Assembly: GCA_016179745.1 (NCBI GenBank)
Contig: JACPCP010000022.1
Coordinates: 3,536-67,535, forward strand
Length of the DNA stretch: 64,000 bases
Source: Candidatus Omnitrophota bacterium
Lineage (GTDB): Bacteria > Omnitrophota > Omnitrophia > Omnitrophales > JACQLI01
Reading direction: 5' to 3'
Shown: in pieces, positions 34,418 to 43,324 of the stretch
How positions within the stretch are numbered: the stretch's first letter is position 1
Layout of the letters: the number at the start of each line of letters is the position of its first letter
Position numbers and translations under genes: made by a program
The notes under the pieces: generated by a model
Told to the model about the DNA's origin: nothing
The model's database searches: none
Seen by the model: only the letters and a program-made list of their open reading frames with translations

Positions 34418-34854
34418 CCGGACGACTCCTTTTCACCTTCCTGGAGGAGAGGCTCACGGTAGGCATAACCCCGGCCCACTTCGTGCCAAAAGCCCACTCT
34501 CTCTTCCCCTAATTTCCAACAGAAGTAAACCACTCGCCCCTGATAAACGGCATAAAAATCCACCAACCCTGCTTCCGCATCTTTCAGAAAGCATCCCATT
34601 TTGTAAATCTCGTCGATGAGGGAGTCATACCGATCCACACATTCCTGGTAAACCTCGATTTCCTCTGCTAATTCCCTGGGAGGTTTTTTTTCTCTGCCTT
34701 TCGCTGAAACCAGCTCAAGGGCGTCAATCTCCACCTCTTTGGTCAAGATCTCCTGCTGAAGCCTCTGAATTTCGGTCACCTTCTCGGTTAATTTTGGAAT
34801 AAGCCGGTTCGCTTCCTCCACCGTAAAAGTTTTAAGCTGATTCATCTCACCCAT
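34414..34854 (-). CDS. DUF2203-family protein
   Basis: 146 aa. FTVEEANRLIPKL ... GLVDFYAVYQGRVVYFCWKLGEERVGFWHE matches my recollection of DUF2203. Confidence 0.55.
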   Translation of the reverse strand: MGEMNQLKTFTVEEANRLIPKLTEKVTEIQRLQQEILTKEVEIDALELVSAKGREKKPPRELAEEIEVYQECVDRYDSLIDEIYKMGCFLKDAEAGLVDFYAVYQGRVVYFCWKLGEERVGFWHEVGRGYAYREPLLQEGEKESSG

Positions 34855-34934
34855 CTCTTCCGCCCGGCCTGTGGCACGGTTCTCCTGTTATATACGACTT
34901 CCCCGGTTTTAACTAAAGTCTAGAGACCGCAAGT

Positions 34935-34943
34935 ATTATAACA
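34935..34943 (-). promoter_or_regulatory. Extended -10 element (TGtTATAAT) upstream of the DUF2203-korAB-aspA gene string
   Basis: Minus strand reads caTGtTATAATactt, about 80 nt upstream of the ATG at 34854. No convincing -35 box. Confidence 0.35.
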
Positions 34944-35033
34944 TGAGGCATTTTAAATCGCACAGGGGGCCCTTTTCTTCGAATCTGCTGACTTTTATGC
35001 CTGTTTTTGCTAAACTTCCAACTTCCTTATCGT

Positions 35034-35110
35034 CGGGGCGTAGCGCAGCCTGGTAGCGCACACGCTTGGGGTGCGTGCGGTCGGCCGTTCAAATCGGCCC
35101 GCCCCGACCA
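35034..35110 (+). tRNA. tRNA-Pro (anticodon GGG), CCA encoded
   Basis: CGGGGCG-TA-GCGCAGCCTGGTAGCGC-A-CACGC-TTGGGGT-GCGTG-CGGTC-GGCCG-TTCAAAT-CGGCC-CGCCCCG-A-CCA. Confidence 0.9.
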
Positions 35111-35166
35111 ATTTTGAGCGAAGCGAAAAACGGGTCGGGACGACCCGGAGCTTCCACTGCAACCAT

Positions 35167-35228
35167 AAAAATAGGGACAGCGACCTTTTACTGACTGAAA
35201 TCGTAAGAGGCTGCTGTCCCTATTTTTT
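35167..35228. terminator. Bidirectional intrinsic terminator between tRNA-Pro and hup
   Basis: AAAAATAGGGACAGC ... GCTGTCCCTATTTTTT. The long stem has an inner CCTTTTAC/GTAAGAGG extension and is flanked by an A-run and a T-run. Confidence 0.6.
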
Positions 35229-35243
35229 GCTCAATCCCGCTTC

Positions 35244-35516
35244 TTACTTCAGCGAGTTCTTGAGCTCGGCGCCGGCGTGGAACGCCGGAACACGGCGGGC
35301 CTTGATCTGGATCTGCTCCCCCGTCTTCGGGTTGCGGCCCAGGCGGGCCTTCCGATTCTTCACGAGGAAACTGCCAAATCCGACGAGCTGGACCCTCTGC
35401 CCCTTTTTGAGGCTCGACTTAATCGAGTCAAAACAGGCATTCAACGTCTCCAAGGCCTTCGACTTGGAAAGGCTGGCTTTGCGGGCAATTTCATTGGCGA
35501 GTTCTGCCTTATTCAT
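35244..35516 (-). CDS. hup: DNA-binding protein HU
   Basis: 90 aa. MNKAELANEIA ... GFGSFLVKNRKARLGRNPKTGEQIQIKARRVPAFHAG. Confidence 0.9.
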   Translation of the reverse strand: MNKAELANEIARKASLSKSKALETLNACFDSIKSSLKKGQRVQLVGFGSFLVKNRKARLGRNPKTGEQIQIKARRVPAFHAGAELKNSLK

Positions 35517-35548
35517 TTAACACCTCCTTCCTTATTATCGATGTCGTT

Positions 35549-36559
35549 TTAATACTGCTTCCACTCTTCGCGTGCATCGCGCGCTAGCAAATCTTCGACC
35601 GCCCGGGAACAATCTTTACCCTTGAAAAGCACATTGTAAACCTCGGTCATAATGGCAAGCTTCACTCCCAGTTTGTCCGCCAATTCCACCACGGCCTCGG
35701 AGGTGTCCACGCCCTCGGCAACCATCTCCATCCCGGCCAGGACTTCTTGAATTTTTTTTCCCCTCCCGAGCTCCCGCCCAACCCGCAAATTCCGTCCGTG
35801 GGGGGAAAAACAAGTCGTCATCAAATCCCCCAGGCCCGAGAGTCCGAAAAAAGTGTTGGGGTTGGCCCCCATCCGGACGCCGAGTCGGGTCATCTCAAAA
35901 AGCCCCCGGGTCAAAAGGCCCGACTTGGTGTTGTCTCCAAAGCCGAGGCCGTCACAAATTCCGGCAGCAATAGCGAGAACATTTTTGAGGGAGCCTCCCA
36001 ATTCCGTCCCAATGACATCCGTTTGAATATAAATCCGGAAGGTCCGGTCCCGGAGGGCCTCTTGGGCCTGGACGGCGCATTGTTCCTTTTTGGAAGCGAC
36101 AACGACCAGGGTGGGAATGCCCCGGGCCACCTCTTCGGCGTGGGAAGGCCCGGAGAGGACCGCCAGATTGGCCCGGCCCAGGAGGGACTCCACAATTTCC
36201 GAAGGCCGGAGATGCGTTTTCTTCTCGATCCCCTTGGCAACACTCAAAATAATCTTCTTGGAAAGGTCGGCCTCCCTCAGCTTGTGAAGGACGTTCCGGA
36301 TAAACTGGGTGGGAATGGCGATAATGAGGATTTCCCCGAACTCCACGGCCTCTTTCAGATCCGCAGTGATTTTGATTTCGGGAGGGAGCGGAATGCCGGG
36401 AAGAAATTTTTGGTTTTCTCGCTTTTCCCGGAGGGTCTTGGCGTAATCCGGAAAAGCGCTCCATAGAAGTGTAGGGTTATGTTTTCGCTGACTCACGAGT
36501 CCGAGCGCCGTACCCCATCCGCCATCTCCCAGCACCGTGACCCGGTAGTTCCTGCTCAC
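35549..36559 (-). CDS. gpsA: NAD(P)H-dependent glycerol-3-phosphate dehydrogenase
   Basis: 336 aa. Contains VLGDGGWGTALG, KGIE, LSGPSHAEEV, NVLAIAAGI and GLGDLMTTC. Confidence 0.9.
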   Translation of the reverse strand: MSRNYRVTVLGDGGWGTALGLVSQRKHNPTLLWSAFPDYAKTLREKRENQKFLPGIPLPPEIKITADLKEAVEFGEILIIAIPTQFIRNVLHKLREADLSKKIILSVAKGIEKKTHLRPSEIVESLLGRANLAVLSGPSHAEEVARGIPTLVVVASKKEQCAVQAQEALRDRTFRIYIQTDVIGTELGGSLKNVLAIAAGICDGLGFGDNTKSGLLTRGLFEMTRLGVRMGANPNTFFGLSGLGDLMTTCFSPHGRNLRVGRELGRGKKIQEVLAGMEMVAEGVDTSEAVVELADKLGVKLAIMTEVYNVLFKGKDCSRAVEDLLARDAREEWKQY

Positions 36560-36649
36560 TGTCTCACGAGATCCTGGATGAATGATTCCATTGAATGCAA
36601 TCGAACTCTCCTTCCACCGAATTCTGAATCCGTCGGGAACCCCTGAAAT

Positions 36650-37060
36650 TTAAGGCGTTTTAGCGGGGGGTAATGTAACACGCTGACCCGGACGGGTCAA
36701 TCGGGAAATCCGGAAAATCCCAGTGGCGACAAGGGCCCCCAGGGCATCGGCCCCCCAATCCGTGAGACTCGCCACCCGGCCCGAAACGCCCCGCTGCGCC
36801 CATTCCAGGAACGCTCCATAAAGGAGAGAAAATACGAACGCCTTTTCTCCGGCCCAAAGGTGAAAAAACGGCCGGGGAGAATAAAAAAAGGCCCGAAAGG
36901 CCAGAAGGGCGAGGAGGAAAAAATCGAGGAAATGCAAAAGTTTGTCATTGGCCTCGAGAACGGCGCTCGGAAGCTCGTCCGGAGGAAGGGTAAAAAGAAT
37001 GTAGAGAAAAAGGGCGTAGCTTAAAAAGAGGGACCAACGAAGGCCCGGGCGGACGATCAG
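36650..37060 (-). CDS. VanZ-like membrane protein (start codon uncertain)
   Basis: The C-terminal part [33 protein letters not shown] is VanZ-like. The frame stays open upstream of the ORF-track TTG start (36937) and encodes a plausible TM N-terminus ([25 protein letters not shown]). The only start-like codon there is a CTG overlapping the dnaJ stop (CTGA). Confidence 0.5.
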   Translation of the reverse strand: MIVRPGLRWSLFLSYALFLYILFTLPPDELPSAVLEANDKLLHFLDFFLLALLAFRAFFYSPRPFFHLWAGEKAFVFSLLYGAFLEWAQRGVSGRVASLTDWGADALGALVATGIFRISRLTRPGQRVTLPPAKTP

Positions 37061-38160
37061 GAGAAGAGACCTTTTTTCTTCGGGGTTGCCGGGGAGTCTT
37101 TTCTTTCCTTTGCCAGTTCCTGAAGGAGTGTGCGTTCCCGCTCCGTAAGACGGCTCGGGACTTCAATCTCGATCCGGACCAATTGGTCTCCCCGGCCGCC
37201 CCCCTGAAAAACCGGCATTCCCTTTTCCCTCAAACGGAAAACTTTTCCCGAGGGTGTGCCGGCGGGTATTTTGAGCCGCACCTTTCCCTCCAGGGTCGGC
37301 ACTTCCACGTCGCCTCCCAGGGCGGCCGCCGTAAAGGGAACCCCGAGTTCGCAATAAAGGTCGCTTCCCTGACGTGCCAGCACGGGATGATGCTTGACGA
37401 GGATATGAACATAAAGATTACCCCTCGGGCCGCCCCGCTCTCCGGCCTCTCCTTCGCCCGTCACCTTCAGCCGGGAATCGGTATCAATCCCAGCCGGGAC
37501 CCGGACACTCAGTTTTCGCTTCCGCTCAACGAGCCCCCGGCCCCGGCAATGAGAACAGGGCTTGTCGATCCGTTCTCCGGCCCCCTGACAACGGGGGCAG
37601 GTCCGGCGAAGCGAAAAAAAACCCTGTGTGACCCGGATCTCTCCGGCCCCCCGGCATTCCGGACAAACGGATTTCGAAGAGCCGGGCGCCACACCGCTCC
37701 CGCTGCAGGATTCACACGGCTCATGCCGTGGAAATTCCAGCGTGACCTCTTTCCCCCGGTAGGCCTCCTCCAAACTGATCTCCACGGCCGTCTCAAGGTC
37801 GGCCCCTTTGCGGCCCCCGCTCCGGGAACGAGTGCTCGTCCCGAAGAAATCCTCGAAGAGATCGCCGAAGATATCGCCGAACCCTCGAAAGTTTTCTTCA
37901 AACCCCTGAAATCCCGGAAACCCGCCGCCTCCCAGGGAGTGGCCGAACTGATCGTATTGGGTGCGCTTCTGGGAATCGCTCAGAACGGCGTAAGCCTCGG
38001 CGGCCTCTTTGAATTTTTCCTCGGCCTCCTTGTTCCCCGGATTCCGGTCCGGGTGATATTTGAGGGCCAGTTTCCGATAGGACTTTTTGATCTCCTCGAC
38101 GGAGGAGTTCCGTGACACGCCCAGGACCTCGTAGTAATCCCGCTTGGTCTGCATGGTCAT
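37057..38160 (-). CDS. dnaJ: Chaperone DnaJ
   Basis: 367 aa with a J domain (DYYEVLGV ... KYHPDRNP), a G/F region and four CxxCxGxG zinc motifs. Confidence 0.95.
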   Translation of the reverse strand: MTMQTKRDYYEVLGVSRNSSVEEIKKSYRKLALKYHPDRNPGNKEAEEKFKEAAEAYAVLSDSQKRTQYDQFGHSLGGGGFPGFQGFEENFRGFGDIFGDLFEDFFGTSTRSRSGGRKGADLETAVEISLEEAYRGKEVTLEFPRHEPCESCSGSGVAPGSSKSVCPECRGAGEIRVTQGFFSLRRTCPRCQGAGERIDKPCSHCRGRGLVERKRKLSVRVPAGIDTDSRLKVTGEGEAGERGGPRGNLYVHILVKHHPVLARQGSDLYCELGVPFTAAALGGDVEVPTLEGKVRLKIPAGTPSGKVFRLREKGMPVFQGGGRGDQLVRIEIEVPSRLTERERTLLQELAKERKDSPATPKKKGLFS

Positions 38161-38163
38161 GAA

Positions 38164-38724
38164 TTAGGTAATCTCTTCTTCCTTCTCTTCCGCCGGCTTC
38201 GAGCCTATTTTTCCCGGGCGGACCCGGATCTCAACCTTGGCGGGCCGGAGGACCCGTTCGTGCAAAAGGTATCCCGGAAGGATTTCCTTGATTACGACGT
38301 CTTCGGGGCCTTCCTCCTCTACTTGATCAACGGCCTCATGACGGTGCGGGTCAAAGGGCTCTCCCACGGAGGAAAAACGATTCAGCCCGTGACCGGCCAG
38401 GACCTTCAGGAGTTGTTTCGAGATCATCTGAATTCCGGTGGTGAGTGCTTTTAAAGAATCCTTGGCGTCGGGGCCGGACTCTTCCAGGTGAGGAAGGGCC
38501 CGCTCAAAATTATCCAGGATGGGGAGGAGTTCCCGAAGGAGCCTCTCCTGGCTGAATTTGATGAATTCCTCCCGTTCCTTCTGAAGCCGCTTTCGGGCAT
38601 TGTCGTAATCGGCGGCATTTCTGAGAAGCTTGTCCCGGAGCGCTTCGAGTTCTTGATGGATCTTTTCGTCTTCCTTGTTGGGCTCCGTCTCCGGATTTGA
38701 TTTCTCCGGTTTTTCCTGTGCCAT
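38164..38724 (-). CDS. grpE: Nucleotide exchange factor GrpE
   Basis: The GrpE core is LRNAADYDNARKRLQKE ... FDPHRHEAV ... GYLLHERVLRPAKV. The ATG at 38724 overlaps the hrcA stop by 1 nt. An alternative GTG lies at 38736. Confidence 0.85.
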   Translation of the reverse strand: MAQEKPEKSNPETEPNKEDEKIHQELEALRDKLLRNAADYDNARKRLQKEREEFIKFSQERLLRELLPILDNFERALPHLEESGPDAKDSLKALTTGIQMISKQLLKVLAGHGLNRFSSVGEPFDPHRHEAVDQVEEEGPEDVVIKEILPGYLLHERVLRPAKVEIRVRPGKIGSKPAEEKEEEIT

Positions 38725-39761
38725 CAAGATCCCCACCGCTCAAGCGTCTGACTGATCTGGCCGGCCATCTGGCGAACCAGTCCGATCATGCGCCCGTAAG
38801 GCATTCGCCGGGGACCCAAAATCCCGAGCGCCCCCACCGATCTCCCCCGCCACCGATAGGAAGAACTGACCAGGGAACAATCCCAAATGTCCCTGGAGAG
38901 CTCCTTTTCGCCGATGGCGATCCGAACCTGCCCCTCCGGCTGGGGCCGTGAAACGAAACGGATGAGCGCTGGTTTTTCCTCCAGGGCCGCCACCAAATGC
39001 CGGAACTTCTCGTGATCCTGGAATTCCGGCTGGTTCAAAACATAGCGGGACCCCTCCACAAATACCCGGGGGGTCCCCCAATGAGGAATGCTCTCTCGAA
39101 CAATTTGGAGCGTCCTTTCATAGAGCCTCTTCAAAGAATCCCGGCGGGCCTCAATTTTTTTCAAAAGTTCCATTTCGAGGGCCTCAATCGCAACCCCTGC
39201 CAGTTCTTTATTGATAAAATTTCGGACCCTCTCCAGCTCCTCCGGGATCATCGGTTCCTCCAGGACCACCAGGCAATCCTGGATCAGACCCGAGGTGCTG
39301 CACCACACGGCGAGCACACGGTTCTCATCGAGCAGCAGCAAATTGAGCTCCTTCAAACACAACTGCTGCAGGGCCGGTAACACCATCAAAACCGCTTCCT
39401 CGGCGATCGTCGAAAGAATCCGGGAGGCCCGTTCCATCAGGCTGTCGAGATTCTTCGCCCCGCCTTCCATCTCCCGGGAAATCAATTGCAAAAAGGCCTC
39501 GGACACGGGCTCCTCGCAAACCGCCTCCTCCACATAGAAGTGATAACCCCTGTCGGTGGGGACACGGCCGGCGGAGGGGTGCGGGTGACCCAGGTATCCC
39601 CGCTCCTCCAGAACCCCCAGCTCGTGGCGGACGGACGCCGGGGAGAGACGAAAGGGGTAGCGTTCGGTCAGGGTCCGGGAACCGACCGGCAGAACGGTCT
39701 CGATATAGGATTCGATGGTTCGAATCAGGATTTCTTTTTGTCGTGGGGTCAGCTCATCCAT
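38724..39761 (-). CDS. hrcA: Heat-inducible transcription repressor HrcA
   Basis: 345 aa. MDELTPRQKEILIRTIESYIETVLPVGSRTL ... SPASVRHELGVLEERGYL. Confidence 0.85.
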   Translation of the reverse strand: MDELTPRQKEILIRTIESYIETVLPVGSRTLTERYPFRLSPASVRHELGVLEERGYLGHPHPSAGRVPTDRGYHFYVEEAVCEEPVSEAFLQLISREMEGGAKNLDSLMERASRILSTIAEEAVLMVLPALQQLCLKELNLLLLDENRVLAVWCSTSGLIQDCLVVLEEPMIPEELERVRNFINKELAGVAIEALEMELLKKIEARRDSLKRLYERTLQIVRESIPHWGTPRVFVEGSRYVLNQPEFQDHEKFRHLVAALEEKPALIRFVSRPQPEGQVRIAIGEKELSRDIWDCSLVSSSYRWRGRSVGALGILGPRRMPYGRMIGLVRQMAGQISQTLERWGS

Positions 39762-39778
39762 GGTCTTGACAGCGGTCT

Positions 39779-41155
39779 TCAGAAGGGTGAGACGCCGCCC
39801 AGAATCCCCTGAAGGTCGGCCTTGTTTCTGCGAAAGAGCTCCAATTCCTCACGGGCCAGAATGCGCGCCAGAGGGTCGGAGACAAGATTCAGCTGAAGAA
39901 ACTCATAATCGGAAAATTGGTAACTCCTGAGCAAATCCACAAATTCCCGGGAGGCCAGGTTGAGCAGATAAAGAACATCTTCATTCAGCGCCGAAGGCTG
40001 AAGGATCTGGGGGGTGTGGCCCTTGGGTTTGACGTCAAGCTCGAGCGAAAAATATTTTTGAGGGACGTCCTTCTGGTATCGAAAACTCATCCGGACTTCC
40101 TCAAAGGTGTTATGGACCCGCTCGTCCTGGGTCAAAAGGGCCTGGGTCCGCCGGGACAATTGCTCCGCCAAAAAGTCCCCCAGCCGGATTTCGGTCAGCG
40201 GAAACTCGATCTGCCAGGAATCCGGATCGGTCTGAAAATTAAGTTCATTGGAAAGGGGAAATTTTTGGATCGCCCCCGCCGCATCCAGATAGGAAATCGG
40301 AATCACACGCAGGATCCGTCCCGGCTCCGAGGCAAAGGAAACGATCATAAAATATTCCAGGGCGCTGCCCGCTGGGACCTTGAAGGCACCAGGCGCAACT
40401 TTTTGGGGGTCGTATTCCAGCTCAACCGGGACGTGGACCAAAACCCGTGTGGGCTCAACCAGCGTGCTTCGAAGCTCCCCCAGCCTCCAGTGCGCCGATC
40501 GCTCGCCGGAGGACTCCGGATTGAAAAAGAAAAGGGACTCGACCAGGGAAGGGGAAAGCGGCCTGACGAAAGAAGGCTGAAGGAACTCCAACGTGGGTGA
40601 TTTTTCAAGCTCCCCGAAAAATTGGGTCACGGGACGGTGCCAGACGACCGCCCGGTTCAGCCGGATCTCGTGAAGGACCCGCTTTCGATATTCGTTCCGG
40701 GAGATGTCCCAAAGCCGGACCCGCTTGATGTCATCGACATAGCCGATCAGGATCAGTTGAAGGCCGGTCTTCTCAGTATCGGTCGCCTGCAAAACATAAA
40801 ACTGAAGTTTGAGTTCGGTGCTGAGGAGGACACGGGAAATGGAGAAGAGGACATCTTCCACTTGATCGAGGGCCTCCGGAGAAGGATGAAAGAGGTCTTC
40901 TACGTCGGCAACGGTTTTCCCGGCCAGCAGGGTTTCTTTGAAGTCAGTCGCAAAGAGCTTTTTCAAGGGAAGGAAAACACCGATGGTGCTGCCGACGATT
41001 TTGACATCGATCTTTTCGATGCCGTATTCGGCCCGGCAGATCTCTTGAATGGACTCTTTGACCCGGTCCGGTGCATACGTTTGCGTGCAGGCGGTCAGGG
41101 CCAGGCCCAGGACAAACACCCCCGCCCCTCTTCGAACCCCACCCAGGCCCCTCAT
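39779..41155 (-). CDS. Hypothetical lipoprotein
   Basis: 458 aa with a lipobox-like signal (VLGLALTAC). No recognisable domain. 4-nt overlap with the upstream ftsH-like gene. Confidence 0.5.
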   Translation of the reverse strand: MRGLGGVRRGAGVFVLGLALTACTQTYAPDRVKESIQEICRAEYGIEKIDVKIVGSTIGVFLPLKKLFATDFKETLLAGKTVADVEDLFHPSPEALDQVEDVLFSISRVLLSTELKLQFYVLQATDTEKTGLQLILIGYVDDIKRVRLWDISRNEYRKRVLHEIRLNRAVVWHRPVTQFFGELEKSPTLEFLQPSFVRPLSPSLVESLFFFNPESSGERSAHWRLGELRSTLVEPTRVLVHVPVELEYDPQKVAPGAFKVPAGSALEYFMIVSFASEPGRILRVIPISYLDAAGAIQKFPLSNELNFQTDPDSWQIEFPLTEIRLGDFLAEQLSRRTQALLTQDERVHNTFEEVRMSFRYQKDVPQKYFSLELDVKPKGHTPQILQPSALNEDVLYLLNLASREFVDLLRSYQFSDYEFLQLNLVSDPLARILAREELELFRRNKADLQGILGGVSPF

Positions 41156-42843
41156 GGCTTTTCTTTTGAGCCGCCCTCTCCCGGGACCTTTAAACCGGAA
41201 TTCTTTTTCTCCGTCTCCAGGGCCGTGCGGGCCGTCAGACGGGGATTGGCTTTTCCATACTCGGCAAAAATGGCTTCAATCTCGTCGTAATCGAGTTCCG
41301 CCCGGACCAGGAGTTCATGGGCAAACCGTTCAAACAGTTCATGTTCCTTTTTCAGTAAACCCTCGACCTCTGTCACGCAGGCTTTGAGGAGGGCGTCCGT
41401 ATCCTGATTGAGCCGGGTCTTGGTTTCTTCCGATATCTCGGACTCCGGGATCGTCGTATAATCCCCCACCCATCCCGAAGGCCCCATCCCGAAACGCCAG
41501 ACCATTTGATGCGCAATCCCCATGGCCTGCCGGAAATCCTGCGAGACGCCGCTCGTCGTTGTTCCAAACTTGATTTTTTCAGCCACGTAACTGGCGATAC
41601 ACACCTTGATGTCCGCCATCAAAGTTTCACGGTCTGCGCTGTGCCACTCTTCCCTCGGGGTGGGGTGGACAACCCCCAGCGTCCCCTTCCGGGGGACGAT
41701 CGAGGCCTTAAAGACATCATCTCTCGGGTGCAAAAGATAGGTGGCGATCAGATGGCCTGTTTCGTGGTAGGCAGTCATCTCCCGTTCACGATCGTTCATC
41801 TTGAAAGATTGCTTCATCCCCAGCTCGATCCTTTCAATGGCCTCGGAAATTTCCTTCAACGTGATGAGTTCCTTGCCGTTCCGGACGGCAATCAAGGCGG
41901 CCTCTTTGACAATATTTTCAATTTCGGCCGGAGTTTTGCCCACTGCCTTTCGGGCCAGACGGGCCGTATCCACGGAGGCCTCATGTTTGACCTTGTTCAA
42001 ATAATACTTGAAGAGGGCCTCACGCCCTTCCAGGCCGGGTTTGGTAATGTAAACCTTCCGGTCAAACCGGCCGGGACGAAGGAGGGCCGGGTCCAAAATA
42101 TCTTCGGAAGCGTTGGTGGCGCCGATCACAATGACATTTTCAGCCTTCCCGGTGAGCCCGTCCATTTCGACCAAAAGCTGGTTCTGGGTATTGTTGGTCT
42201 CCGCCCCGCCGAATTGATTGAAGACACGGCGGTGGCCCAGGGCATCCAACTCGTCGATAAACACCACGCACCCGCCGAAACCATAGGCCAGACTCCGGGC
42301 CTTTTTGAAAAGAGACCGGACACGGCTCGAGCCGACCCCTACAAATACTTCATTAAATTCGCTGGCCGCCATCGAAAGAAACGGCAGTCCCGCCTCCGCC
42401 GCAATGGCCTTCGCCAAATAGGTCTTCCCGCAGCCCGGGGGGCCGACCATCAAAATGCCCCGCAGAATCTTTCCCCCGATTCTCTTGAGGCGGGCATGAT
42501 CCTTGATGAGCTGGACAACCTCCCAGCATTCTTCCTTGGCCTCATCAATCCCGATGACATCGCTGAAACGGACACTGACATCCCGGGCCTTGATATTCTT
42601 CTTGTCAATTTTGGTGAAGCCGCCTCTCAGAACCAGCGCATACATATAGACAAACACAAGGCTGTTCACGATCACCAAAAGGATGGAGATGGGCATTTGG
42701 GCGAGCGTAATATTCCGGTAATAGCTTTCAAGAGACATCATTCCATAAATGGAGAGGATGACGAGAAGAATGATTCCCAGGATGACAAACAGCTTGGTCC
42801 GGTGGTTCAAGAAGTGCATTTTAAGCCGTCTGTAGTGATTCAT
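41152..42843 (-). CDS. FtsH-family AAA+ zinc metalloprotease lacking the periplasmic domain
   Basis: 563 aa. Walker A GPPGCGKT, Walker B VVFIDELDA, SRH ATNASEDILDPALLRPGRFDR, HEXXH (HETGH). Two N-terminal TM helices are separated by only ~14 residues. Confidence 0.8.
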   Translation of the reverse strand: MNHYRRLKMHFLNHRTKLFVILGIILLVILSIYGMMSLESYYRNITLAQMPISILLVIVNSLVFVYMYALVLRGGFTKIDKKNIKARDVSVRFSDVIGIDEAKEECWEVVQLIKDHARLKRIGGKILRGILMVGPPGCGKTYLAKAIAAEAGLPFLSMAASEFNEVFVGVGSSRVRSLFKKARSLAYGFGGCVVFIDELDALGHRRVFNQFGGAETNNTQNQLLVEMDGLTGKAENVIVIGATNASEDILDPALLRPGRFDRKVYITKPGLEGREALFKYYLNKVKHEASVDTARLARKAVGKTPAEIENIVKEAALIAVRNGKELITLKEISEAIERIELGMKQSFKMNDREREMTAYHETGHLIATYLLHPRDDVFKASIVPRKGTLGVVHPTPREEWHSADRETLMADIKVCIASYVAEKIKFGTTTSGVSQDFRQAMGIAHQMVWRFGMGPSGWVGDYTTIPESEISEETKTRLNQDTDALLKACVTEVEGLLKKEHELFERFAHELLVRAELDYDEIEAIFAEYGKANPRLTARTALETEKKNSGLKVPGEGGSKEKP

Positions 42844-42851
42844 ACTTTCTC

Positions 42852-43292
42852 CTATCTCTTTTGGGATTCGGTAGTTACGTCGTGCCTCTTGTGGCCTTTT
42901 CTGATGAAACTATATCCGTTTGCCCCTTGGGTGTCAAGAAAGGGGCCTGGAGGGGGCTCTTCTTCCGGCCATTCTTCCCAGCTATCGTCTGTTTCCAAGT
43001 CCGGCTTGACCTCTTCCTCCTCCTCGAGCTTCGACCGCTCGTCTTCTTCACGTTCCGTCCCAGCTTTTTCTTTTTCGAACGGGCCTTGTGTGAGAAAACG
43101 CTCCTGAGGGTAGAGCCGGATCGCAGGCGACGGAGAGCCTTTTTTGCCTTCCGCCTGTTCTTTAGCCTTTTCCTGGTAGCTCGCCGGATTGGTTTGCGTG
43201 AGTTCGATGGCATCTTTTTTCTTAACCACTGTGCCCACGGAAACGAGACCGATGGCAATCAGGAGCCACGCCCGAAGGATTCTCTTTATCAC
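42852..43292 (-). CDS. Hypothetical membrane-anchored acidic protein
   Basis: 146 aa with a GTG start, an N-terminal TM helix and a Glu/Lys-rich low-complexity body. Confidence 0.4.
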   Translation of the reverse strand: MIKRILRAWLLIAIGLVSVGTVVKKKDAIELTQTNPASYQEKAKEQAEGKKGSPSPAIRLYPQERFLTQGPFEKEKAGTEREEDERSKLEEEEEVKPDLETDDSWEEWPEEEPPPGPFLDTQGANGYSFIRKGHKRHDVTTESQKR

Positions 43293-43324
43293 AAAGATAA
43301 GGTTAGCCTCTTAAGAGGTAAAAA

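Noticed and set aside
34872-34889. TGGCAC motif resembling the -24 element of a sigma-54 promoter.
   Set aside because: The -12 position reads TCCTG rather than TTGC(A/T), and nothing sigma-54-dependent lies downstream.
39762-39800. Search for a CIRCE operator immediately upstream of hrcA.
   Set aside because: None is present. hrcA starts 17 nt after the preceding lipoprotein gene, and no TTAGCACTC/GAGTGCTAA arms occur anywhere in the window.
41675-41698. GTCCCC-TTCC-GGGGGAC hairpin in the ftsH-like gene. Similar single hairpins occur at about 19728-19752 (ydjC) and about 29565-29590 (MetE N-like gene, GGGGATTTCCCC).
   Set aside because: The ftsH copy encodes the conserved IVPRKGTLG motif, so it arises from ordinary codons for V-P-x-K-G. 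These single copies lack the exact 13-mer and the two-unit layout seen in leuS and dapF. I keep them only as a caution for the palindromic-element hypothesis.
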